Part shown: one piece after another, positions 20,536 to 29,966 of the stretch
Layout: each line of letters starts with the position of its first letter
Position numbering within the stretch: position 1 is the stretch's first letter
Virus record (IMG/VR): IMGVR_UViG_3300011113_000415
Source: a virus
Lineage: Duplodnaviria > Caudoviricetes
DNA length: 64,000 nucleotides
Direction: 5' to 3' (one strand)
The notes under the pieces: generated by a model
What the model was told of the DNA's origin: nothing
Databases searched by the model: none
Seen by the model: only the letters and a program-made list of their open reading frames with translations
Program-made: the position numbers and the translations under genes

Positions 20536-20937
20536 ATGAAATACCAAACACTAGAATCAGCACAGACAGCAGGTGCGGCACCCTGGGATCTCAAAGTAGA
20601 TGAACTGTCAGACTTTCATGTTACAGTATTCCAAGATCGCTTTCCAGTCACTACAGGGCACTTGTTGTTTGTGCCCAACTACAATACCGCTGAACTTATC
20701 CGAGATGCATTTTACAGTGCTCAACTGGCTGGAGAAAGCATGGTACAACTGGGAGAATGCGATGCCTACAACATTGGTATCAATCAGGGTCGAGCCGCTG
20801 GTCAAACCATAATGTACCCACATATCCATCTAATTCCTCGTAGAACCGGGGACTGTGCGGATCCAGTAGGTGGTGTGCGGGGCGTAATTCCCCAACAACA
20901 GAACTATAAAACCCATCACTATCAACAGCCAGCATAA
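20536..20937 (+). CDS. HIT-family nucleotide hydrolase
   Basis: GHLLFVP; AGQTIMYPHIHLIPR. Confidence 0.88.
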   Translation: MKYQTLESAQTAGAAPWDLKVDELSDFHVTVFQDRFPVTTGHLLFVPNYNTAELIRDAFYSAQLAGESMVQLGECDAYNIGINQGRAAGQTIMYPHIHLIPRRTGDCADPVGGVRGVIPQQQNYKTHHYQQPA

Positions 20938-21018
20938 ATATTCTTTTAAGCGGTCTTGGCGTCATTCCCGCTCGACAAACTCTGCCGCCTATGCTACAAT
21001 TTAACATAGGAGAACAGC
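20935..21018 (+). promoter_or_regulatory. Late-promoter-like ATAAATA followed by structured leader of queD that masks the RBS
   Basis: AGCGG/CCGCT stem, possible GGCG/CGCC pseudoknot, CCTATG/CATAGG hairpin over AGGAG. Confidence 0.45.
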
Positions 21019-21534
21019 ATGAATTCAATACAAATACCCGTTCCTCGCCAGTACAAATACACAAGTACCAAAGAGTATCACGACGCATTTCCTTGTGCCT
21101 ATCGACAGTGGCGGGCTGACAGCCATTGCAATCTCATACATGGGTATTCATTCTCAATGAAGTTCTACTTTGGCACAGATCACTTGGATGTACGCAACTG
21201 GGCCGCCGACTACGGTGGACTTAAAGAACTCAAATCAGTGCTGGAAGATCAGTTTGATCATACCTTGTTGGTTGCTGAAGACGATCCTGAAATCGAATTC
21301 TATCATGAAATGCAACGCAGGAACATTGCCAAACTAACTATATTACCCAAGTTGGGATGCGAAGGTCTTGCTGACCAACTATACAAGTATGTTAACGGTG
21401 TTTACATTCCGGACCTTTGGGGCCAGGGTGAAGCAGAGCGTCTCTGGTGTTATCGTGTGGAAGTACGTGAAACTCAGAGCAACATGGCTTTTAGAGAAGG
21501 CCATCGCGAATGGAATGAAGATCTGTTCGCATAA
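21019..21534 (+). CDS. queD: 6-carboxy-5,6,7,8-tetrahydropterin synthase
   Basis: CNLIHGYSF, DYGGLKELK, FDHTLL, GCE. Confidence 0.9.
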   Translation: MNSIQIPVPRQYKYTSTKEYHDAFPCAYRQWRADSHCNLIHGYSFSMKFYFGTDHLDVRNWAADYGGLKELKSVLEDQFDHTLLVAEDDPEIEFYHEMQRRNIAKLTILPKLGCEGLADQLYKYVNGVYIPDLWGQGEAERLWCYRVEVRETQSNMAFREGHREWNEDLFA

Positions 21535-21549
21535 TCTAAAGGAGAAATT

Positions 21550-22173
21550 ATGTTAGGCAAACTATTTGAAGGCGTAGATAAGAAGATGATGGCCAAACTT
21601 GCATTTTTGCATTTGGTTATTATTGTTATCTCAAACGCACTTGTTTCAATTCCAGTTGAAATCTTGGGTGTGAAATTGACCTGGGCGGCTTTTGTTTACC
21701 CAATGGTTATCTTGGCCAGTGACTTGACCGTGAGATTGATTGGTAAAGGCATTGCCAGAGCCACCATTGCGGCCGCATATCCCCTGGCCATTGTTGGTAG
21801 TATAGCAGTTGTATTGCTAGAAGGTGCACCTACCAGTGTTGCTTTACGCATTGGCTTTGGTAGTGCCACAGCATACTTGATTGGTTGCTTACTTGATGTA
21901 TACGTATTCCAATATGTGCGTGAAAAGTTCACACAACAATGGTGGGCCGCACCTGCACTCAGCATGGTTGTTGCTAACTTCATTGACAGTTATGTGTTCT
22001 TTAGTATTGCTTTCTCGGGTGGTGCAGATGAATACATGGCCGCTAACTGGCCTGAAATTGCTCTCAGCCAAAGCATCTTGAAGATTGTGGTTGGTTTCAT
22101 CTTGTTCTTACCAGCGTATGGCGTGTTATTAAACTACTTGAAGAAGCGTCTAGGCAACACCGATCAAGGTTGA
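21550..22173 (+). CDS. yhhQ: YhhQ/VUT-family 7-deazaguanine precursor transporter
   Basis: About 6 TM segments; ISN, TWAAFVYP, SDLTVR, LDVYVF, IDSYVFFSIAF. Confidence 0.85.
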   Translation: MLGKLFEGVDKKMMAKLAFLHLVIIVISNALVSIPVEILGVKLTWAAFVYPMVILASDLTVRLIGKGIARATIAAAYPLAIVGSIAVVLLEGAPTSVALRIGFGSATAYLIGCLLDVYVFQYVREKFTQQWWAAPALSMVVANFIDSYVFFSIAFSGGADEYMAANWPEIALSQSILKIVVGFILFLPAYGVLLNYLKKRLGNTDQG

Positions 22174-22183
22174 TAATGACCCT

Positions 22184-23011
22184 ATGAGCACAGATATTTC
22201 AATTCTGTTGCCCACACGTGGTAGGTCAGACATGCTGATGCGTAGTCTGACCAGCCTACATGATCTAGCCACTGATTTCACCCGTATCGAAATCTTGTTT
22301 GGCATGGACAACAATGATGCAGTAGGTCTCGAAAACATGTTGCATCATGTGATACCCTGGATTGAACGGCACAAAGTTGCACACAAGATTGTGATCTTTG
22401 AACCCATGGGCTACCACAATCTGCACAAGTACTTGAACGGCCTGGCAGAGTCAAGTGCAAGCCCCTGGTTGTTCTTCTGGAACGACGATGCTGTTATGAA
22501 AACACAGGGTTGGGACACATACATACGTGCCCGGACCGGCGAATTCAAATTGCTCAGTGTGATAACACACAACGAACATCCTTATTCTATCTTTCCTATA
22601 ATACCACGCGAATGGTTTGAAGTTTTGGGGCATATCAGTCAACACAGTCTCAACGATGCCTGGGTCAGTTGTATTGCCTATGGCCTAGACATATTTGAAC
22701 GACTGCCTGTGTATTGTGACCATGAACGCCATGATCTAACAGGCACCAACAATGATGCCACGTATCAACAGAGAACAGTGCTGGAAGGTGATCGTAGCAA
22801 CCCTTTGGATTTCAACTATCCCAGCGTGGTTGAACTCAGGATGCAAGATGCTGCCAAATTGGCACAATGGCTTCAGGATGTGAAAAATCAAGACATGACA
22901 TTTTTTGCAGAATGTTGCGAGGGCATACGAGATCCCTGGGTCAAAATGCGAGCCAACGATCCCAACCGACAAGTAGTGACCATGACTGTAGAACGATTAA
23001 ATAAAGAATGA
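22184..23011 (+). CDS. GT-A (GT2-like) glycosyltransferase, paralog 1
   Basis: ISILLPTRGR, FFWNDDA, HPYSIFP, NDAWVS. Confidence 0.75.
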   Translation: MSTDISILLPTRGRSDMLMRSLTSLHDLATDFTRIEILFGMDNNDAVGLENMLHHVIPWIERHKVAHKIVIFEPMGYHNLHKYLNGLAESSASPWLFFWNDDAVMKTQGWDTYIRARTGEFKLLSVITHNEHPYSIFPIIPREWFEVLGHISQHSLNDAWVSCIAYGLDIFERLPVYCDHERHDLTGTNNDATYQQRTVLEGDRSNPLDFNYPSVVELRMQDAAKLAQWLQDVKNQDMTFFAECCEGIRDPWVKMRANDPNRQVVTMTVERLNKE

Positions 23012-24951
23012 CCAAAAGAACAATCAGTTTTGTCCAGCCCAACTTTCAACAAGGCCCCAAAGAGTTCAATGCCTATTATTTGCCTTATTCTGCAGGCGTA
23101 ATATTGAGTTATGCCTTTAGTTTTGAACACATAAGCCGGGCCTGGGCTGTGGATCAAATGATTTGGCGTAGAGAACCAATTGATGATCTTGCACCACAGT
23201 TGGCCAAGAATGACATCGTGGCATTCAGCACCTATGTTTGGAATCACAGATACAACTACAAACTGGCAGAAAAAATAAAACAAATCAATCCCGCGGTCAA
23301 GATAATATTTGGTGGTCCAGAACCTGCCATTGAAGATACTGAACTGTTTGTGAAAGAGCCATTCATGGATTTGGTCAGCAAAATGGAAGGTGAGATCACA
23401 TTCAAACGCATACTAGAAGACTTTGATACTGACTTTACTCACATACCCGGCCTATTAATCAACACGCCCAACGGTCTAGTCAACACAGGTGACTGTGCCA
23501 GAATCGATGATCTAGATCAAATACCCAGCCCTTATCTTACAGGCATCTTTGATCAAATCATTGAAGAGAACCCTGACGTGATCTGGAACGCTACACTAGA
23601 GACCAATCGCGGTTGTCCTTATCAGTGTACATTCTGCGACTGGGGCAGTCTAACCTACAACAAGGTCAAGAAGTTTGAACTCACACGAGTGTTTCACGAA
23701 ATGGACTGGATCGGAGCCAACTGTGGCTTTGTTACCATCACAGACGCCAACTTTGGCATGTTTGTGGAACGTGACAACATGATTGTGGACAAGTTGATTG
23801 AAGTACAAAAACGCTGGGGACGATTATCTTCGTTCTCCATGACCTGGGCCAAGAATCAAAAGAACGAAGTTGTGGACATTGTGAAGAAGTTGATACGTGA
23901 AAGTCCAAACTTTGGTCAAGGTCTTACTGTGAGTGTACAGAGCATGGACCACGATGTGTTAGAAAACATCAAACGTAGAAACCTAGATCAGCACAAGATT
24001 GATGAAATTTTTGCCTTGTGTGATCGCAACAACATTCCTGTGTACACAGAGTTAATTCTTGGTCTGCCAGGCGAAACAGTGCAGTCATGGAAAGATGCAT
24101 TCTGGAAAATTTTCCGTGCAGGCAATCACACAGGCATAAACATTCTGCAAGCACAGTTGCTGGAGAATGCTGAAATGAATCTGCTACAAAAACGAATGTG
24201 GAAAATTAAATCAGTTCCTGTATTTGACTACATGAGTGGCAGTTATGGCGATGCTGACCTTAACGAGTGTGTGGATGTGGTAGTGAGCACCAAAGATATT
24301 CCCAAAGAAGAAATGTTAGACACCTTGGTCTGGAACAGTTTTATTCAAACATTCCATATCAACGGCTTGACCACATACATTGCTAGATACTTAGACAAAG
24401 CACATGGCATCGAATACAGCAAGTTCTATGATGATCTGTATCAGTGGGTGCAACAGGACACATGGTTTAGTGAACAGTTTACTGAAACACGCGATTATTT
24501 TGCTAACTGGACACGACACGGATCTATCAATCATCCACCCATCGGCAACATTCAAGTGTTTGGATGGAACCTAGTGCACCGTACCACCTTGTATATGCAA
24601 CAGCAAGATCGAGTGGCCTATGTATTCGATAGTGTTGACAGATTCGTAAAAAGTCATTATAATATTGACAAGCACATATTAGATCAACTCATGCGGTTCC
24701 AGCGGAACTATGTGATTGACTATCGTGATCTTAAATCTTTACCAATAAAACAAGAATTTGATTATGATTTTCTTGGTTACATCTTGGATGACGAGCCAAT
24801 TAAACAGTCATGCACATACACATTTGACACCCCAGAGGATCAAGATATGAGTATGGACCGTTTTCTTGAAAACATGTACTTTGCTAGAAAGAGAAACTTT
24901 GGAAAAACAACTATCATCCGAGACCGCGTCCACGACGCCCAACTTGCCTGA
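23008..24951 (+). CDS. Cobalamin-binding radical SAM enzyme (class B-like)
   Basis: B12-domain AFSTYVWN...IIFGGPE; CxxxCxxC in RGCPYQCTFC; ILGLPGET. Confidence 0.9.
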   Translation: MTKRTISFVQPNFQQGPKEFNAYYLPYSAGVILSYAFSFEHISRAWAVDQMIWRREPIDDLAPQLAKNDIVAFSTYVWNHRYNYKLAEKIKQINPAVKIIFGGPEPAIEDTELFVKEPFMDLVSKMEGEITFKRILEDFDTDFTHIPGLLINTPNGLVNTGDCARIDDLDQIPSPYLTGIFDQIIEENPDVIWNATLETNRGCPYQCTFCDWGSLTYNKVKKFELTRVFHEMDWIGANCGFVTITDANFGMFVERDNMIVDKLIEVQKRWGRLSSFSMTWAKNQKNEVVDIVKKLIRESPNFGQGLTVSVQSMDHDVLENIKRRNLDQHKIDEIFALCDRNNIPVYTELILGLPGETVQSWKDAFWKIFRAGNHTGINILQAQLLENAEMNLLQKRMWKIKSVPVFDYMSGSYGDADLNECVDVVVSTKDIPKEEMLDTLVWNSFIQTFHINGLTTYIARYLDKAHGIEYSKFYDDLYQWVQQDTWFSEQFTETRDYFANWTRHGSINHPPIGNIQVFGWNLVHRTTLYMQQQDRVAYVFDSVDRFVKSHYNIDKHILDQLMRFQRNYVIDYRDLKSLPIKQEFDYDFLGYILDDEPIKQSCTYTFDTPEDQDMSMDRFLENMYFARKRNFGKTTIIRDRVHDAQLA

Positions 24952-25783
24952 ACGTGATCCCTCTGTAGATATCAGTATCTTGTTGCCTGTGCGTGGCAGG
25001 CCCGAACCCATGAAAAAATGTTTGCACACTTTGATCGATCATGCAAAAAATCCTGAACGTATCGAAGTGTTGATTGCATTTGATGACGATGACACAGATA
25101 CTATCAACTACTTTGTTGAAAATATTGCGCCTTATCTTGATGACATGGATGTGCGTTACAGTGCCATGCAGTTCCAGCGGCTAGGCTATATCAGGCTTAA
25201 TGAATACTTAAATGAACTGGCTCGACACAGTGCCGGTGCTTGGATGTTCTTTTGGAATGACGATGCTGTGATGACCACACAGGATTGGGATCAAGCAATC
25301 ATGGCTCACGATGGTGAGTTTGCGTTGTTACGTGCAGAAACCAATCACGCACATCCTTATGCAATCTTTCCTATTGTGCCACGCAAGTGGGTAGAGATAA
25401 CTGGACACCTGAGTCCACATCAGATCAATGATGCCTGGGTCAGCCAGGTGGCTTGGATGTTGGATATTGTTAAAAATATTCCAGTCATGGTCGATCATGA
25501 ACGCTATGATCTAACAGGCAAAAACGGAGATGATGTTTATAAAAATCGCCCTATGCTGGAAGGTAATCCTGCCAACCCACGAGACTTCAATCACATTACC
25601 TGGCGGAAGACCCGCATTGATGAATGTATGAAATTGGCTCAGCATCTTGTACCGCTTGGGCACAACATGAATCATTTCAAATGGGGTGTTGAAGGCAAGG
25701 ATGATCAAGGTCGTGACTATGATATTTGGTGCAAGATGAATGCGGCAGACCCACACAAACGCTTGAAACAATGGAAAGACTAA
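24866..25783 (+). CDS. GT-A (GT2-like) glycosyltransferase, paralog 2
   Basis: ISILLPVRGR, FFWNDDA, HPYAIFP, NDAWVS; true start uncertain. Confidence 0.75.
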   Translation: MKTCTLLERETLEKQLSSETASTTPNLPERDPSVDISILLPVRGRPEPMKKCLHTLIDHAKNPERIEVLIAFDDDDTDTINYFVENIAPYLDDMDVRYSAMQFQRLGYIRLNEYLNELARHSAGAWMFFWNDDAVMTTQDWDQAIMAHDGEFALLRAETNHAHPYAIFPIVPRKWVEITGHLSPHQINDAWVSQVAWMLDIVKNIPVMVDHERYDLTGKNGDDVYKNRPMLEGNPANPRDFNHITWRKTRIDECMKLAQHLVPLGHNMNHFKWGVEGKDDQGRDYDIWCKMNAADPHKRLKQWKD

Positions 25784-25784
25784 C

Positions 25785-26567
25785 GTGAACAATGATCAAC
25801 TGATTGACCGCATAAAGCAATATTGGAACGCACAACCCTGTAATGTAAAACACAGCCTGAGCGAACCCGGAACAGAACAATACTGGAACGAAATATCAGA
25901 ACGCAGATATTTTGTAGAACCACATCTACGTGATTTGGCCGGCTTTCACCAATGGCGCGGCAAACGTGTGTTAGAAGTGGGCTCAGGTATTGGATCTGAT
26001 GCAGTAGAGTTTGTGCGTCACGGTGCTGAGTATGTGGGCATTGATCTTTCAGCAGAATCAGTGGCCATGAGTCGTCAACGATTTAAGTTGTTTGGTCTTG
26101 ATGGCGAGTTTCATAATATAGATGCTGCCGACACCAAAAGCGTGGCCGCACTAGGCCGCTTTGATTTGGTTTACTCATGCGGTGTGCTACATCACTATCC
26201 AGACATGTCCACGTGTCTTGACAACATTCACAATGCATTAGAACCCGATGGTGAATTTAGAATGTTGGTTTATGCAAAGAATTCCTGGAAGTATGCCATG
26301 ATCCGAAAAGGTCTGGACCAGTTCGAAGCACAAGCCGGATGTCCTTATGCCCAGGCCTATTCGCACGAAGACATCTACAATCTCCTAAATGGAAAATTTG
26401 AAGTCCTAAGGATTAGACAAGCACATTGTTTCATGTATAATATACCCAAGTACCGTCAAGGTATCTACGAACTCGAACCTTGGTTTGCGGCCATGTCAGA
26501 AGAAATGCGTGAGGCCGTGAAAGAATATCTAGGTTGGCATTTATTAGTTAAAGCACGGAAAATATGA
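25785..26567 (+). CDS. Class I SAM-dependent methyltransferase
   Basis: VLEVGSGIG, GIDLS, FDLVYSCGVLHH. Confidence 0.9.
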   Translation: MNNDQLIDRIKQYWNAQPCNVKHSLSEPGTEQYWNEISERRYFVEPHLRDLAGFHQWRGKRVLEVGSGIGSDAVEFVRHGAEYVGIDLSAESVAMSRQRFKLFGLDGEFHNIDAADTKSVAALGRFDLVYSCGVLHHYPDMSTCLDNIHNALEPDGEFRMLVYAKNSWKYAMIRKGLDQFEAQAGCPYAQAYSHEDIYNLLNGKFEVLRIRQAHCFMYNIPKYRQGIYELEPWFAAMSEEMREAVKEYLGWHLLVKARKI

Positions 26568-27421
26568 GTAAACTTAAAGTAGCAGAATTGTTTTATAGTG
26601 TGCAAGGCGAAGGCAGGTACATGGGTGTGCCGTCAGTGTTCTTGCGTGTGTTTGGATGCAACTTCAAGTGTGCCGGCTTTGGCATGCCGCGTGGTGAACT
26701 CAGCACAGAAGTCAACGATATTGCATCAAGAGTACACTACTACAAAACCTACAACGAACTACCATTGGTATCTACAGGCTGTGACAGTTATGCGTCATGG
26801 GATCCAAGATTCAAGGATTTGAGTCCTGTGGTAGAAAGCAATGGCATTGTGCATCGCATCATGGAGATCTTGCCACATCGCCGTTGGGAAAGTGAGCATT
26901 TGGTAATCACAGGTGGCGAACCTTTGCTGGGTTGGCAACGTGCTTACCCAGACTTGCTAGATCACCCCAGCATGGACAGACTTCGAGAGATCACGTTTGA
27001 AACCAATGGCACCCAAGCATTAGATGATCGCTTCAAAGAATACTTGCATACATGGACATATCATCATGATCACAACTTTCGCCGAGAAGTCACGTTCTCA
27101 GTTAGTGCCAAACTACCCGGTTCGGGTGAATCATGGTCGGATGCCATTCGACCCGACGTGGTTTGTGAATACGAAGAGTATGGTTATACATACTTGAAAC
27201 TGGTGATTGCCACAGAACAGGATCTAGCAGATGCAGAACAAGCAGTCTTGGAATATCGCACAGCAGGGTTTGAAGGTCCTGTGTATGTTATGCCTGTTGG
27301 CGGTGTTGAACGGGTGTACAATCTTAATAATCGAGCAGTGGCAGAAATGGCCATGCGAAAAGGGTGGCGCTATTCAGACCGACTCCAAGTACCACTCTTT
27401 AAAAACGAATGGGGAACTTGA
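26564..27421 (+). CDS. queE: 7-carboxy-7-deazaguanine synthase (radical SAM)
   Basis: ELFYSVQGEG, FLRVFGCNFKC...GCDS, ITGGEP, FETNGT. Confidence 0.92.
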   Translation: MSKLKVAELFYSVQGEGRYMGVPSVFLRVFGCNFKCAGFGMPRGELSTEVNDIASRVHYYKTYNELPLVSTGCDSYASWDPRFKDLSPVVESNGIVHRIMEILPHRRWESEHLVITGGEPLLGWQRAYPDLLDHPSMDRLREITFETNGTQALDDRFKEYLHTWTYHHDHNFRREVTFSVSAKLPGSGESWSDAIRPDVVCEYEEYGYTYLKLVIATEQDLADAEQAVLEYRTAGFEGPVYVMPVGGVERVYNLNNRAVAEMAMRKGWRYSDRLQVPLFKNEWGT

Positions 27422-27813
27422 TGGGCATACGTGATTGGTTCCGCAAAAAACCCAAACCTGCTCCTAAGACCCGAGCAGAAACAAAACCCCCAGAGCCGGT
27501 CAAGAGCGAAAAACAGTTGGCCACTGAACGTGGCGAGCCTTGGGTGGCCATACTCAGCATGGATATTGACCCCAACAACCTGCATCAAGGTGCATTCGAA
27601 CTAGACTGGAACGACAAGTTCATATTCAATCTCATACGTGCAGGCTATCAACTCAAGAAAGAAGACACTGATGCAGAGATTGTGGATCGCTGGTTTCAAA
27701 ATGTTTGCCGCCATGTGGTAATGGAAACCTATGAGCAAGAAGAAGCCATGAAGAAGTCAGGCATTTATGTTCGCACCACCGATCTTGGTGACGGGCGCAC
27801 GGAAGTGTCTTGA
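27409..27813 (+). CDS. Hypothetical protein
   Basis: 134-aa ORF. Confidence 0.6.
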   Translation: MGNLMGIRDWFRKKPKPAPKTRAETKPPEPVKSEKQLATERGEPWVAILSMDIDPNNLHQGAFELDWNDKFIFNLIRAGYQLKKEDTDAEIVDRWFQNVCRHVVMETYEQEEAMKKSGIYVRTTDLGDGRTEVS

Positions 27814-28511
27814 TCTTATACGTCAACGGTGACAGCCATACTGCGGCAGCCGAAGCAGTAAATTCTTATGCATTTGCTGAAGATGATGGCTTGTATTATG
27901 GACTAGGTCGTAGACCACATCCAGACAACGAGCGTGTGAGTTGGGGTTGTGAACTGGCCAACCATCTCAGAGCCATATTGCATTGTGATGCAGAAAGTGC
28001 TTCTAGCAATGCTCGTATCATGCGTACCACACGAGCCTGGCTACAACAACAAGACAGCCTTGATGATACCTTGATTGTCATACAATGGTCAACTTGGGAA
28101 CGACAAGAGTGGTTGCATGACAACACATGGTATCAGGTCAATGCTAGTGGCATAGATGATGTGCCTGATTCCCTACAAGATCGATATAAAAGATTTATAT
28201 CTGACGTAAATTGGTCCAAAGCAAAACAATATGCACATAGCGAAATCTGGCAGTTTCATCGCGAACTGCACCTCAATGGTGTCCGGCATGTGTTCTTTAA
28301 TGGTAATTCGGATTTCTCAGGTGTGACAAATCGTCACGATTGGGGCGTGAACTATATGGCACCTTATGATCCGGACAATACCTACGATCGAGTACTAAGA
28401 AACGGTGGTTTCTCCACGGTACGCCCAGATTCCTGGCATTTTGGTGAGGCTGCCCATTGCTTTTGGGCACAACATGTGCTAAACTACATCAAACACAACA
28501 ACTTGGTTTAA
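27810..28511 (+). CDS. SGNH hydrolase-like protein
   Basis: LYVNGDSHT; late HFG. Confidence 0.55.
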   Translation: MILYVNGDSHTAAAEAVNSYAFAEDDGLYYGLGRRPHPDNERVSWGCELANHLRAILHCDAESASSNARIMRTTRAWLQQQDSLDDTLIVIQWSTWERQEWLHDNTWYQVNASGIDDVPDSLQDRYKRFISDVNWSKAKQYAHSEIWQFHRELHLNGVRHVFFNGNSDFSGVTNRHDWGVNYMAPYDPDNTYDRVLRNGGFSTVRPDSWHFGEAAHCFWAQHVLNYIKHNNLV

Positions 28512-28513
28512 AC

Positions 28514-29536
28514 ATGCGATACTTGCTGATTGATACTGCTAACACATTTTTTCGTGCCCGTCATTCGGCTTTTCGTGCCGCAGATCCTTGGGAAAAGGTA
28601 GGCTATGCTCTGCATATTGTGATGAGCAGTATCAACAAGGTACATCGCAAATTTGAAGCAGACCATGTGGTATTCGCACTAGAAGGACGCTCATGGCGCA
28701 AGGACTACTATGAGCCTTACAAGAAAAATCGTGCTGTGGCCCGTGCGGCACTAACAGAAACTGAAAAAGAAGAAGATCAGTTGTTCTGGGAGACGTTCGA
28801 TAGCCTGACTAAATACTTGAGTGACAACACAAACTGTAGCGTGATACGTCACCCAGAGGCTGAAGCAGATGATGTGATTGCTCGCTGGATTGCATTGCAT
28901 CCACTGGACGAACACTACATCATCAGTTCAGACACAGATTTCATACAATTGCTTGCTCCTAATGTCAGCCAATACAATGGTATAACTGACGAACTTCACA
29001 CCTTGGAAGGAATCTTTGATGCCAAAGGTCGACAGGTCATTGATAAAAAAACTAAACAGCCAAAAACGGTACCAGATCCAGCCTGGCTGTTATTTGAGAA
29101 GTGTATGCGTGGGGACTCCTCCGACAATGTGTTTAGTGCATATCCGGGAGTACGTGAGAAAGGCACAAAGAATAAAGTTGGTCTCCGTGAGGCCTACGCG
29201 GATCGCAATGATAAAGGCTATGCGTGGAACAACCTAATGTTGCAACGTTGGTCCGATCACAATGGACAAGAACATCGTGTGAAAGACGATTACGAACGCA
29301 ACTGTACCTTGGTGGATCTCACAGCACAACCTGCAGAGATCAAGCACAAGGTAGACACAGCCATACACGAACAAATCAGTCACAAGGACGTGGGACAGGT
29401 AGGAGTTAGATTTATGAAATTTTGTGGCAAGTACGAGTTGAACAAACTTTCAGAGTCAGCAGAACAATACGCTCGCTGGCTCAACGAAACTTATAAAGGA
29501 CACTTAAATGAACATCATAGCCAAGCCAGTAGTTGA
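28514..29536 (+). CDS. rnh: T4 RNase H-like 5'-3' exonuclease (FEN family)
   Basis: LLIDTAN, EADDVIA, SSDTDFIQL, GDSSDNV. Confidence 0.9.
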   Translation: MRYLLIDTANTFFRARHSAFRAADPWEKVGYALHIVMSSINKVHRKFEADHVVFALEGRSWRKDYYEPYKKNRAVARAALTETEKEEDQLFWETFDSLTKYLSDNTNCSVIRHPEAEADDVIARWIALHPLDEHYIISSDTDFIQLLAPNVSQYNGITDELHTLEGIFDAKGRQVIDKKTKQPKTVPDPAWLLFEKCMRGDSSDNVFSAYPGVREKGTKNKVGLREAYADRNDKGYAWNNLMLQRWSDHNGQEHRVKDDYERNCTLVDLTAQPAEIKHKVDTAIHEQISHKDVGQVGVRFMKFCGKYELNKLSESAEQYARWLNETYKGHLNEHHSQASS

Positions 29537-29966
29537 TAATCAATTCTGGATACTAAAACAAGACGATCGCAAAGTCGGCAACATAGAAGCCACTGACGAT
29601 GGCTATGCTGTGAAAATTGACAACAAGGTCACTAGTTTCAAAACTATCAACATGATTCGGCAACGAGCAAACATTGAGTTTGAAGCCATTGGCAACAAGC
29701 CCAACAAAGAGCCAGCCAGTTATCAAGTGCAAGGCTATCCATCGGGCAGTCGAGTATACAATCCTGTTTGGGACGTACAGCAAGGCTTGCCATTGTTTAC
29801 TAAGAAACGCAAAAGCAAATCTTGGTTCGCGGCCGGCTGGTATCAAGTGCGTCAACGCAAGACCTGGGCAGTGACACAGAGTCCCAAACTTATTACCCTG
29901 GAGCGTTATGCTTACCAAGGTCCTTTTCATACCGAAGACGAGGCACGTAATGAACCCCTTCCGTGA
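29508..29966 (+). CDS. Hypothetical protein
   Basis: 152 aa, AAAGGA RBS. Confidence 0.6.
   Translation: MNIIAKPVVDNQFWILKQDDRKVGNIEATDDGYAVKIDNKVTSFKTINMIRQRANIEFEAIGNKPNKEPASYQVQGYPSGSRVYNPVWDVQQGLPLFTKKRKSKSWFAAGWYQVRQRKTWAVTQSPKLITLERYAYQGPFHTEDEARNEPLP

Noticed and set aside
20949-21012. Canonical preQ1-I riboswitch
   Set aside because: Lacks the AGAGGUUCUAG-type P1/loop and A-rich tail; reported only as an unassigned switch-like leader.
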